A stretch of 43,449 nt of DNA, taken from IMG/VR virus record IMGVR_UViG_3300045988_162050. One strand, written 5' to 3'. Position numbers and translations under genes: made by a program. Of the stretch, positions 30,922 through 39,714 are shown in pieces; the stretch's first letter is position 1, and each line of letters starts with the position of its first letter. The notes beneath the pieces were generated by a model. It was not told the origin of the DNA and made no database searches. It saw nothing but the letters and a program-made list of their open reading frames with translations. The stretch is from a virus.

Positions 30922-31024
30922 AAGGTAGTAATAGTATGGAAAATAAAGAAAATAAAAAGAAAAAGACCGTTGCTCTAATTACATTACGGTTGTCCGTGTG
31001 TATAATCAAATATGATATAATGAA

Positions 31025-31065
31025 ACCCAAGTGGCTGTAAGAAAAAGTCACTTGGGTATTTTTTA
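31025..31065. terminator. strong terminator 3' of the integrase gene
   Basis: ACCCAAGTGGCT-n9-AGTCACTTGGGT then attttttat. Confidence 0.8.
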
Positions 31066-32757
31066 TATTTTGTGTTCATTTTTGTATATAAAGTGATGGA
31101 CTATTCCATTTTTGAAAGTAATATTATATATTTTTCCCTTTTCGACAGAAACATCTGTAATAATTGTATTTATAAAATCTTTTATGGTTTGTCTATCAAG
31201 ATTATTCAATAGCGAAATTACATCAATATTTTTTACACTTGATAAATTTTTAGTTAGTAAATAAAAACTAGCTTTTGATAATAAATTGAAGTCTTTATTA
31301 TTGATAAATGGTGTATCATTAAATTTTACTTCTTGTATTTTTTTATTTATATTTTCAATTTTATCAGAGATTTCCTTACGTTTTATTACAAAATCTTTCT
31401 GACTCATAGAATTAACATCATATAAATAAAGGTCATCTAATCTTTTTAATGCTTTTTCATATTTTTCTTTTTCGGCTTCGTAAATCACATTTTGACTTAT
31501 AATAGCTTCTTTATTTTTTTCTTCAAATGAATTATAGGTAACCATTTTATTATTTATTAATAAATCATAGGTGTTCTTTAAATCTTGTTTTTCAATATGA
31601 TCTATATCTTCAAAATATTTTCCACGTAACAAAATACTTTCCATATCACGTAAAGAATGCCTAGCAGTAATTCTTTCTTGTAATGTCATATAATTAGCAA
31701 TATAATTTATTAGACCTGGAAGTATGGCCAAATCACTAGAATAATTTGCACAAGTATAATTCACATTAAACGCATAGCAAGTATAACGAGATGGAGTAAA
31801 GCCATCTTTTCTAGCACGATCCAAACCAGAGTGCATTTTTTTTCCACATTTATGGCAACTTGCTAAACCAGATAATATATGTACATTTGTACTTGATCTT
31901 TGGTAATTTTTATCACCCTTATAATTATTTTGAATTATTTGAGAAACTCTTTCAAATTGTTCTGTATTGACTATAGCTTGATGATTATTTTCTAATACAA
32001 CCCATTCTGACTTATCTTTCCATCTACGAGTTTTTTTAGTTTTTGTGTTATATCTATATGTTCCAATATAAAAAGGATTTGTAAGTATGCTACCAACTGT
32101 ACGAGGTGTCCAGGTTCCATTTCTTTTTGTAGGTATATTTTCGATATTTAATTTTTTAGCAACTTTTGTAGTAGATTTTATTTCTTCATATTGATCGAAT
32201 ATATATTGAACTATTTTTGCCTCTTTATCACAGGGCCTAGGGAATTTAGTTTCGGGATCCCATTCGTATCCTAAGGGAACTGTTGCACCATTCCATAGTC
32301 CTTTTTGAGCACGTGAAATCATAACTGAAAAAACACGTTCTCCTGTTAGTTTCCTTTCAAGTTCTGCAAACACTAAAATTATTTTTAGCATTGCTTCTCC
32401 CATAGCTGTAGAAGTATCAAATTGTTCGTTGCGAGAAATAAATGTTACATTATATTTTTTCAATTCATCATACATATCAGAGAAATCTCTTAAGTTTCTG
32501 CTTATACGATCTATTTTCCATACTATTAAATGAGTGAATTCTCCCATTTTAATTCTATTCATCATATCTTGATATGCTGGTCTATCAGTTGTACCACCAG
32601 AATAACCTGCATCTTCAAAAATTTCAAAATCATTTATTCCTAATACATATTTTGTATAATTTATTAAATCACTTCTTTGCAAAGGCAAAGAATCCTTATC
32701 AATTTGGTGGGTAGTAGACACCCTAACATATAAAGCTGATTTTTGCTTTTTTTCCAT
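31063..32757 (-). CDS. int: large serine recombinase (phage integrase)
   Basis: ALYVRVSTTHQIDKDSLPLQ...GYSGGTTDRPAYQDMM...WKIDRISRNLRDF; recombinase domain PLGYEWDP, zinc ribbon CHKCGKKM/CYAFNVNYTCAN. Confidence 0.96.
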   Translation of the reverse strand: MEKKQKSALYVRVSTTHQIDKDSLPLQRSDLINYTKYVLGINDFEIFEDAGYSGGTTDRPAYQDMMNRIKMGEFTHLIVWKIDRISRNLRDFSDMYDELKKYNVTFISRNEQFDTSTAMGEAMLKIILVFAELERKLTGERVFSVMISRAQKGLWNGATVPLGYEWDPETKFPRPCDKEAKIVQYIFDQYEEIKSTTKVAKKLNIENIPTKRNGTWTPRTVGSILTNPFYIGTYRYNTKTKKTRRWKDKSEWVVLENNHQAIVNTEQFERVSQIIQNNYKGDKNYQRSSTNVHILSGLASCHKCGKKMHSGLDRARKDGFTPSRYTCYAFNVNYTCANYSSDLAILPGLINYIANYMTLQERITARHSLRDMESILLRGKYFEDIDHIEKQDLKNTYDLLINNKMVTYNSFEEKNKEAIISQNVIYEAEKEKYEKALKRLDDLYLYDVNSMSQKDFVIKRKEISDKIENINKKIQEVKFNDTPFINNKDFNLLSKASFYLLTKNLSSVKNIDVISLLNNLDRQTIKDFINTIITDVSVEKGKIYNITFKNGIVHHFIYKNEHKI

Positions 32758-32798
32758 AGTAAAAAAACCTCCATTTTCTTTAATAAATTTTTAATTTA

Positions 32799-32854
32799 CT
32801 ATTGAAAATGAAGGTACTTTAATATATAATAATTAAGTAATCACTTTCAATAGT
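32799..32854. other. candidate attP for the serine integrase
   Basis: Nested dyads ACTATTGAAA/TTTCAATAGT (32799-32808/32845-32854) and TACTTAAT/ATTAAGTA (32816-32823/32832-32839) sharing a centre within 1 nt, 42 bp from the int start. Confidence 0.5.
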
Positions 32855-32911
32855 GTTTACGCTCTGGATAATGTGTGGTGTCCGCAAAACAATACGCATT
32901 ATCCTTTTTTT
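32837..32911 (+). ncRNA. candidate ~75 nt sRNA
   Basis: TTGAAA 32803-32808, 16 bp, TATAAT 32825-32830; terminator hairpin GGATAATG(32866-32873)/CATTATCC(32897-32904) plus T7. Confidence 0.5.
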
Positions 32912-33458
32912 ATAAGTTAATATTATTAATTTCTTTAGTTTTAGTTATTTTGAATTCTTCCACAAATTTTTTTGCTTGAATTGCATTAGTACAATTAAAT
33001 GCAATGTATTTTATTTCATTATTATCTAAAAAAGTAAAAACTAAATAAGAATGAATTATATTTGAAGTCTTTTCTTTAGATCTTCCACCTATGACTGCCC
33101 CAACAGCTCCAAACAGAATAGCACCGCTAATAGCTCCGCCTATACTTGAAACATTATTTTTTTGAATTTCTACATTGTTAGTTATAGAAACATCGGTTAC
33201 TTTTGATTTATTTAGTTTAAAGCTAGTATTACCTGTGATGAATTCATATTCATTTGGATTAGAAAATATTTGAGTCAACATATTTTGAGCAACTGGTAAA
33301 CCATAGATATGTGATAATGTAATAAATAAAGTGGAATTTTTTTCTTGCTGTTTTTTTTGTAGTTCTTTTCTAAATTTTGTTTTTTGAGACGAAGTATAAT
33401 ATATCATAAATAAACAAAAAATAATAAAAATAATAAAAAACATAGAAACTAAATTCAA
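32910..33458 (-). CDS. membrane protein with glycine-zipper-like segment (lysogeny-expressed accessory candidate)
   Basis: N-term TM; SIGGAISGAILFGAVGAVIGG; lies between int and repressor, same strand. Confidence 0.7.
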   Translation of the reverse strand: MNLVSMFFIIFIIFCLFMIYYTSSQKTKFRKELQKKQQEKNSTLFITLSHIYGLPVAQNMLTQIFSNPNEYEFITGNTSFKLNKSKVTDVSITNNVEIQKNNVSSIGGAISGAILFGAVGAVIGGRSKEKTSNIIHSYLVFTFLDNNEIKYIAFNCTNAIQAKKFVEEFKITKTKEINNINL

Positions 33459-33476
33459 TTGTACATTCCTCCTTTA

Positions 33477-34004
33477 TTACCTATACTTAAAAGCACTTTT
33501 ATTTTCAGATTTGATAACTTTTCCAAGTATCTTAATTTTATTTAATTCTGTAATTTTTATATCCATATCCTTATAACACCCATTCATTGCTACTAGTTTG
33601 TAATAAGTTTTATCATCACTTAATATAAATTTTCTAATAGTATTATGATTATTCATATTGATTAATAAGGTTGAACCATCTTCAATATTAGTTTGTTTAT
33701 AAACTAATGCAATATCTCCAACGTCTAATAAAGGAAACATAGCGTCATCTTCAGAAACAAATTCAAAATAATTATTGTCTGTTCGTTCTTCAATTAATTT
33801 AGAGAAATGTATTCCAAAATAATCTGCTAATAGTGCAATTTTATCCATTCGAGGTAATTTTTGACCATTGCACCAACTAGAAATAGTCGATGTCTTTAAT
33901 CCCAAATCTTTTACCAAATCATCTTGAATCTTATTATTTATCTTCATATAATAATTAAGGTTATTAGAAAAAATTTTTCTGTAATTATCATCTTTTGACA
34001 ACAT
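33477..34004 (-). CDS. CI-like repressor: XRE HTH plus degenerate S24-like domain
   Basis: MLSKDDNYRKIFSNNLNYYMKINNKIQDDLVKDLGLKTSTISSWCNGQKLPRMDKI...SEDDAMFPLLDVGDIALVYKQ; SD at 34012-34017; start revised from 34307. Confidence 0.88.
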   Translation of the reverse strand: MLSKDDNYRKIFSNNLNYYMKINNKIQDDLVKDLGLKTSTISSWCNGQKLPRMDKIALLADYFGIHFSKLIEERTDNNYFEFVSEDDAMFPLLDVGDIALVYKQTNIEDGSTLLINMNNHNTIRKFILSDDKTYYKLVAMNGCYKDMDIKITELNKIKILGKVIKSENKSAFKYR

Positions 34005-34042
34005 CTTAAAACCTCCTTTTGTTTGATATGACCTTATTATAA

Positions 34043-34135
34043 CACCTAAAGTAAAAAAAAACAATAAAAAAGTAAAAAAAATTTTACTTAAAGTATTGAC
34101 TTTCCACTTAAAGTGTAATAGAATAACTTTAAACT
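34043..34135 (+). promoter_or_regulatory. immunity operator array and early promoter
   Basis: CACCTAAAGTA 34043, TACTTAAAGTA 34085, CACTTAAAGTG 34105, AACTTTAAACT 34125; TTGACT 34096-34101, 17 bp, TAGAAT 34119-34124. Confidence 0.78.
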
Positions 34136-34155
34136 TAGGAAAGGAGAAATGAAAA

Positions 34156-34386
34156 ATGTTTAGAATAACACTAACTGCAGCAAGAATTAATGCAGGATAT
34201 ACGCTTGATGAAGTGGCTGATAAACTACACAAAAGTAAGAGTACAATCATTTCATGGGAGAAAGGAAAAACATCTATAGATGTACATAATTTTAAAGAAT
34301 TATGCAATCTTTATAATGTACCTATGGAATTTATTAATTTGCCCTTAAATTCCACTCAAAGTGGAATAGAACAGGAGGAATTATGA
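34156..34386 (+). CDS. Cro-like XRE regulator
   Basis: ITLTAARINAGYTLDEVADKLHKSKSTIISWEKGKTSIDVHNFKELCNLYNVPMEFI. Confidence 0.88.
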   Translation: MFRITLTAARINAGYTLDEVADKLHKSKSTIISWEKGKTSIDVHNFKELCNLYNVPMEFINLPLNSTQSGIEQEEL

Positions 34387-34449
34387 ATAAATTAAAAATT
34401 AAATTAAAAAATTGCGGACACCACACATTGTTGAGAGGAGGAAAAACAA

Positions 34450-34605
34450 TTGCAAAATGAAAGGGAAAAAAGAATATGGAAAGAGCTAGAAAAAGATGGA
34501 ATACATAATGAAAAAGAACTGGATGAAGCAATAAAAAGAATGACACCGTTAAACATTGGTGGATTTGTTAATAAGTTGGAGGTAATAAATAATGAAAATA
34601 GTTAA
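34450..34605 (+). CDS. small early protein, TTG start
   Basis: 51 aa LQNEREKRIWKELEKDGIHNEKELDEAIKRMTPLNIGGFVNKLEVINNENS; SD AGGAGG 34436-34441. Confidence 0.6.
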   Translation: MQNEREKRIWKELEKDGIHNEKELDEAIKRMTPLNIGGFVNKLEVINNENS

Positions 34606-34888
34606 TAAGAAAAAATTTTTTAGAAGCCTACTAATTTTAATATTTATTGTAGCAATAACAACAATATGTATTAATTCAATATTCAATAAACCAAAATATA
34701 ATTTAAGTGAGCACACATATATAGTTTCAAAAGATGAAACATTATGGGAAATTGCAGAAAGATATAAATATCCTTCTCAAGATATTAGAGATTACATATA
34801 CAAAATTAAAGAACTTAACAATATGAAATCAGCTTCAATATATGAAGGACAAGAATTAACTATTATTATTTATGAGGAGTGTAAATAA
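34592..34888 (+). CDS. TM plus LysM protein (YneA-like architecture)
   Basis: FFRSLLILIFIVAITTICINSIF then YIVSKDETLWEIAERYKYPSQDIRDYIYKIKELNNMKSASIYEGQELTI. Confidence 0.7.
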   Translation: MKIVNKKKFFRSLLILIFIVAITTICINSIFNKPKYNLSEHTYIVSKDETLWEIAERYKYPSQDIRDYIYKIKELNNMKSASIYEGQELTIIIYEECK

Positions 34889-35142
34889 TGGAAAGATGTG
34901 ATAATGAAAAAGAATTGTTTAATGCAAGAGTTAAAGAAGATGAAATGATAATTTCTATCAATGAATATAACGAAATGAAGGCTCATTTGAAGTGGCAAGA
35001 AGCTTGCATCAGTAATAGAAGCAATGAATTTCGAGAATTAAAAATAGAATTAGAAAAAGCAAATGAAGAAAATACAAAACTAAAGAATGGAATTATAAAT
35101 TTTGTAAAATGTATAGGAGGAGATTATGGACAAACTAGATAA
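34888..35142 (+). CDS. hypothetical coiled-coil protein
   Basis: 84 aa ORF overlapping the upstream stop. Confidence 0.55.
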   Translation: MERCDNEKELFNARVKEDEMIISINEYNEMKAHLKWQEACISNRSNEFRELKIELEKANEENTKLKNGIINFVKCIGGDYGQTR

Positions 35143-35217
35143 ATGCTATATTTGGCACATTATAACATTGGCCACAATGAAATATAAATTAAGAAATTTG
35201 AAAGGGGTGAGATAAGT

Positions 35218-35511
35218 ATGATGGGAAAACACAGTCAAGAAGCATTAAAGATTAAACAATTAGAAGAAACTATTGAATTAAAGGAAAAAGAAATTAAAGA
35301 CATTAAATTTAGTGTATCTGATGTTTTATTACAAATTAGAAATATCAATGAATCAAATAACTATTCAGATCCAAGTGTAAAAAAGAGAAAAATATCAGAG
35401 CTATGTACAGACACAAGATATGAACTTCTTATTGATGAACTAGAAGTTTGTTACAAAAAACAAAAGACAAAAATAATAGAACTACCAAATACCGACCAAA
35501 GTAATAAATAG
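35218..35511 (+). CDS. hypothetical protein
   Basis: 97 aa ORF. Confidence 0.5.
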   Translation: MMGKHSQEALKIKQLEETIELKEKEIKDIKFSVSDVLLQIRNINESNNYSDPSVKKRKISELCTDTRYELLIDELEVCYKKQKTKIIELPNTDQSNK

Positions 35512-35594
35512 TTCTATAAAACACTTATATAAATGCTCTATTTTTATTCTAACATATGAAAGTCTAAATAACAAGAGCAGAAAGGAGAAAAAAT

Positions 35595-35747
35595 ATGCCT
35601 ATATGTAGTATTTGTGGAAAAAATTACGAAGGATATGGCAATAATGCACAACCAGTAAATAATGGAAAATGCTGTGATGAATGTAACATAACAATAGTAG
35701 TTCCAAGAAGATTTCAAGATGCAAAAAATAGAAGGGAGAAAGATTAA
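35595..35747 (+). CDS. small zinc-ribbon protein
   Basis: MPICSICGKNYEGYGNNAQPVNNGKCCDECNITIVVPRRFQDAKNRREKD; CxxC...CCxxC; SD aaaggag. Confidence 0.6.
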   Translation: MPICSICGKNYEGYGNNAQPVNNGKCCDECNITIVVPRRFQDAKNRREKD

Positions 35748-35749
35748 TA

Positions 35750-37696
35750 ATGGAAATAAAAATACTTAATTTAAAACTAAGAAATTTTAAAGGAGTAAAA
35801 GAATTAGAAATTAATTTTGATTGCAAAAATACTAATATATATGGAGCAAATGCAACAGGAAAAACAACAGTATTTGATGCATTTAAATGGTTATTTTTTG
35901 ATAAAGATAGCAATGATAGAAAAGACTTCAATATAAAAACATTAGATAGTGATAATAATCCAATACACTTTTTAGAACATGAAGTTGAAGCAACATTAAT
36001 AATAGATGGTATTGATACAACATTTAAAAAAGTATTGCAAGAAAAATGGGTTAAAAAAAGAGGACAAACAGAGCAAGAATTTTCTGGACACGAGACTAAT
36101 TATTGGATTGATGAAGTACCAGTAAAGAAGAAAGATTATGAAGAAAAGATAAATAGTTTAATACCAGAAAGCCTATTTAAATTGATTACGGACCCATCAT
36201 ATTTTAATAATCAATTAAAATGGACAGAAAGAAGAGAATTACTAATAAATATTTCTGGTGCAAATATTTCTGATGATGAAATATTAGATTCAAAAGAAGA
36301 ATTTAAAATATTAAAAAATAATTTAGATGGTAGATCCATTGATGATTATAAAAAAGTAGTACAAGCAAAAATAAAAGACTTAAATAAACAAAAAGAAACA
36401 ATTCCAGTAAGAATTGATGAGCTTACAAATACATTAATAACAGAACACGAAATTGATTATGAAAAAATAGAAAAAGAAAAAGCAGAATATAATCAACAAT
36501 TACAGGCAATTGAATTAGAAATGACAGATGTGCAAGCTAAAGCAAAAGAAAATATGAGAATTGCTGACCAATTAGCTGCAGCAAAGAAAGAACTATCAGA
36601 TTTTAAATTAAAAAAAGAAACAGAATATTCTCAAAAATACTCTTCAGACTTAATTAATTTACAAAATGAAAAAAGGGTAATTGAAAGTAAAATAAGATAT
36701 AGACAAGATGAGGATAGTGATAGATTATTAAAAATACAGCAAGACCAAAAAAGAAAAGCAGAATTATATAAAAAGTGGGATGATGTTAGCAATATGAAAT
36801 TAGAGTTTGATCCTAATTCATTTATATGTCCAACTTGTAAAAGAGAATATGAAACCGACAAAATTGAGGAAATGAAAAAGCAATTTGAAAATAACTTAAA
36901 TGTACATAAGAAGAGTGAACAAGATGCAATAAATAAAGAAGGACAGGCGATTAATTTAAGGCTAGACGAAAATACAAAAGCAAGAGAACAAATACAACAA
37001 GAACTTCCAGAACTAAACAATAATTTAGATGAAATAACTAACAGAATAGCAGAATTAGAAAAGGCAAAGGAAAATGATACTTCATTTGATATAACTTCAT
37101 TACCAGAATATAACAACAAAATAAGTGAGATTGAAAAATTAGAGGAAAAAGTAAAGAATTTAACAAATGAAGATATATCATATTTGCAAAATAGAAAATT
37201 AGAGATATCTGAAGAAATTAACAAACTAAATAAAATTTTAAATGAAAGAGAAATACAAGAAAAAACAAAAGAACGTATTACAGAATTACAAAATGAAGAA
37301 GAAAATATTTCTAAAAAAATTCAGGAACTAGAGGGCGAACAATATGCATTAGAAGAATTTACAAAAACAAAAGTAGAATTATTGGAAAATGCTATAAATA
37401 GTAAATTTGAGATAGTAAAGTTTAGATTGTTTGATACACAAATTAATGGTGGACTTGTAGAATGCTGCGATACATTAGTGAATGGTGTTCCATATGCTGA
37501 TGTAAATAATGCACATAAGATACTTGCAGGGCTAGATATTATAAATACTCTGATAAAATTCTACAATACATCAGCACCAATATTTATAGATAATAGAGAA
37601 TCAATAAATAAAATATATAAAATAGATACACAAATAATTAGCTTAATAGTAACCACTGATTCTAAATTAAGAATCGAGGTGGAAGAACATGAGTAA
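35750..37696 (+). CDS. SMC/SbcC-like AAA ATPase
   Basis: IYGANATGKTTVFDAFKWLFFDKDS Walker A; coiled coil with zinc-hook CPTCKREY. Confidence 0.88.
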   Translation: MEIKILNLKLRNFKGVKELEINFDCKNTNIYGANATGKTTVFDAFKWLFFDKDSNDRKDFNIKTLDSDNNPIHFLEHEVEATLIIDGIDTTFKKVLQEKWVKKRGQTEQEFSGHETNYWIDEVPVKKKDYEEKINSLIPESLFKLITDPSYFNNQLKWTERRELLINISGANISDDEILDSKEEFKILKNNLDGRSIDDYKKVVQAKIKDLNKQKETIPVRIDELTNTLITEHEIDYEKIEKEKAEYNQQLQAIELEMTDVQAKAKENMRIADQLAAAKKELSDFKLKKETEYSQKYSSDLINLQNEKRVIESKIRYRQDEDSDRLLKIQQDQKRKAELYKKWDDVSNMKLEFDPNSFICPTCKREYETDKIEEMKKQFENNLNVHKKSEQDAINKEGQAINLRLDENTKAREQIQQELPELNNNLDEITNRIAELEKAKENDTSFDITSLPEYNNKISEIEKLEEKVKNLTNEDISYLQNRKLEISEEINKLNKILNEREIQEKTKERITELQNEEENISKKIQELEGEQYALEEFTKTKVELLENAINSKFEIVKFRLFDTQINGGLVECCDTLVNGVPYADVNNAHKILAGLDIINTLIKFYNTSAPIFIDNRESINKIYKIDTQIISLIVTTDSKLRIEVEEHE

Positions 37697-38192
37697 TTTA
37701 AGCCTTTATAATATAACAAATAAATTTGTAGATTTAATGGACAAAGCACAAGAAGGAGAACTAACAGAAGAGGAATACAATGAATTAGGAAATGAATTAG
37801 CATTAGAATTACAGAATAAAAGTTCAAACATAATTGGGTATATAAAGAATAGTGAAAGTCTATTAGAAGCAATGAAAACAGAAGAAAAAAGACTTTCTGA
37901 TATGAGAAAGCAAGGAGAGAAAAAATTAGATAAGTTTTATCAATATGTAAAAGAAAATATGGAGCGATTAGGATTAGTAGAAATTCCAACAGAATTAGGA
38001 AAATTAAAAATTACTAAAAATCCTATGAGTATTGAGATAGAAAATGAAGATGAAATACCGTCAGAATTTAAGAAAGAAGTAATAACAACACAAATTGATA
38101 AGACAGCAATAAAAAATCACTTTAAAGATACTGGAGAATTAGTACCAGGAATAAGAATAATAGATAATAAAACAAGTTTAAGAATAAAGTAG
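37689..38192 (+). CDS. siphovirus Gp157-family protein
   Basis: LYNITNKFVDLMDKAQEGELTEEEYNELGNELALELQNKSSNIIGYIKNSESLLEAMKTEEKRLSDMR. Confidence 0.85.
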   Translation: MSNLSLYNITNKFVDLMDKAQEGELTEEEYNELGNELALELQNKSSNIIGYIKNSESLLEAMKTEEKRLSDMRKQGEKKLDKFYQYVKENMERLGLVEIPTELGKLKITKNPMSIEIENEDEIPSEFKKEVITTQIDKTAIKNHFKDTGELVPGIRIIDNKTSLRIK

Positions 38193-38204
38193 GAGGAAAA
38201 TATA

Positions 38205-38477
38205 ATGGAAAATAAAATGATTTTAAAAATATCAAGTAAATCAAATCCAAATAGTGTTGCAGGAGCAATAGCAGGAGGATTACAAGAAAATAAAAGAGTA
38301 GAATTACAAGCAATAGGAGCAGGAGCTGTGAACCAATCAATGAAAGCCATTGCAATTGCTAGATCATTTGTAGCTGCAAGTGGAGTTGATTTATTATGCA
38401 TACCTGCTTTTTGTACAGTAATAGTAGAAAATGAAGAAAAAACAGGAATGAAATTTATAATTAAGGAGGAAAAATAA
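38205..38477 (+). CDS. SpoVS-like protein (stage V sporulation protein S family)
   Basis: ILKISSKSNPNSVAGAIAGGLQENKRVELQAIGAGAVNQSMKAIAIARSFVAASGVDLLCIPAF. Confidence 0.93.
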   Translation: MENKMILKISSKSNPNSVAGAIAGGLQENKRVELQAIGAGAVNQSMKAIAIARSFVAASGVDLLCIPAFCTVIVENEEKTGMKFIIKEEK

Positions 38478-38687
38478 ATGTTAGAAAACTTAAATGAACT
38501 AGAAAAAATAGGATTAGCTTTTATAAGTGGATTAGTTGCAGGGCAATCATTGCAAGAAGCGGAGCAAGAAACAGAAATTGAAGAAAATGATAATAATGAA
38601 AAAGGAATGAAAGTTGCTGTGGGAAAAATTGAAGGAGAAAAAGCAGAAAAATTTATAAAAATGATGAAGGAATTGGGGGTTGAATAA
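38478..38687 (+). CDS. hypothetical protein
   Basis: 69 aa, translationally coupled. Confidence 0.5.
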   Translation: MLENLNELEKIGLAFISGLVAGQSLQEAEQETEIEENDNNEKGMKVAVGKIEGEKAEKFIKMMKELGVE

Positions 38688-39714
38688 TATGAGTAGTGAA
38701 TTAGTAAAAAAAGAACAAACAGAATTACAAAAGCAAGAATTGACAGCAAGCGAGAGATTTACAGGAATGGTAATGAAAGAATTTCAAGGGAATATTGGAA
38801 CATTAAATTTAAATGAATATCAAAAACAACTTATAAGAGGATATTTTATAGGAATTGACAATGCTTTGAAAAAAGCTGAAGAAGCAAGATTAAATAAAAA
38901 TAGTTGGAAATCAACCAAAGAAGAAGACAAAAACAATTTACCAATTACTTGGCAAAATGTAAATATGAACGATTTAGCAATAGCTGTTGTACACCATGCA
39001 AAATTGGGATTAGATATGCAAATACCTAACCATTTAAATGCAATACCATATAAAAATAATAAAACTCAAAAGTATGATATAGGATTTTTGAAAGGATATA
39101 AAGGTCTAGAATATATAGCAACACAACTATCATTATACCCAATTAGAAACATAATCGTTGAATTAATATACTCTAATGATGTATTTGAAATAGTAAATAA
39201 AGATAATATCACTAGATATAATTTTATAATTAAAAATCCATTTGATAGAGGTGAAATAATAGGAGGATTTGGATATATACAATATGTTGATGAATCAAGA
39301 AATAAAATAATAACACTATCTAAAAAAGATATTGATAAGAGAAAACCAGCCTATGCAGCAGCTGAATTTTGGGGTGGAGAAAAAGATAAATGGGAAAATG
39401 GCAAAAAAGTAGGAAAAGAAAAGATTGAAGGTTGGTATGAAGAAATGGCCAGAAAAACTATTGCGAGAGCAACATATAATGCTGTTGCAATAGATCCTAA
39501 AAAAGTAAATGAAAGCTATGCATATGTTATAGAAAATAATGATAATACTTATGAAAATGTGATAGAGGGACAAGTTGCTGAAGAAATAGAAGAAAAAGCA
39601 AACAAAGAATTAATTGATATTGAAACTGGAGAAATAAAAAATATTGAAGAAAATGCATCTGCAGATAACAATATTGAAATGACTCCAATCCAAAATGAAG
39701 GGCCAGCATTTTAG
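38686..39714 (+). CDS. recT: RecT-family single-strand annealing protein
   Basis: FTGMVMKEFQG...HAKLGLDMQIPNHLNAIPYKNNKTQKYDIGFLKGYKGLEYIATQLSLYPI...KKPAYAAAEFWG...IARATYNA. Confidence 0.88.
   Translation, partial: NMSSELVKKEQTELQKQELTASERFTGMVMKEFQGNIGTLNLNEYQKQLIRGYFIGIDNALKKAEEARLNKNSWKSTKEEDKNNLPITWQNVNMNDLAIAVVHHAKLGLDMQIPNHLNAIPYKNNKTQKYDIGFLKGYKGLEYIATQLSLYPIRNIIVELIYSNDVFEIVNKDNITRYNFIIKNPFDRGEIIGGFGYIQYVDESRNKIITLSKKDIDKRKPAYAAAEFWGGEKDKWENGKKVGKEKIEGWYEEMARKTIARATYNAVAIDPKKVNESYAYVIENNDNTYENVIEGQVAEEIEEKANKELIDIETGEIKNIEENASADNNIEMTPIQNEGPAF

Noticed and set aside
30936-31040. 34-codon ORF MENKENKKKKTVALITLRLSVC... containing an in-frame CGG
   Set aside because: Short, no recognised family; it overlaps the terminator arm of the integrase gene, so I do not treat it as evidence that CGG is a sense codon. 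It is noted because it would count against the CGG model if real.
34005-34307. N-terminal extension of the repressor ORF
   Set aside because: It crosses the operator array and divergent cro start; SD and HTH homology support a start at 34004.
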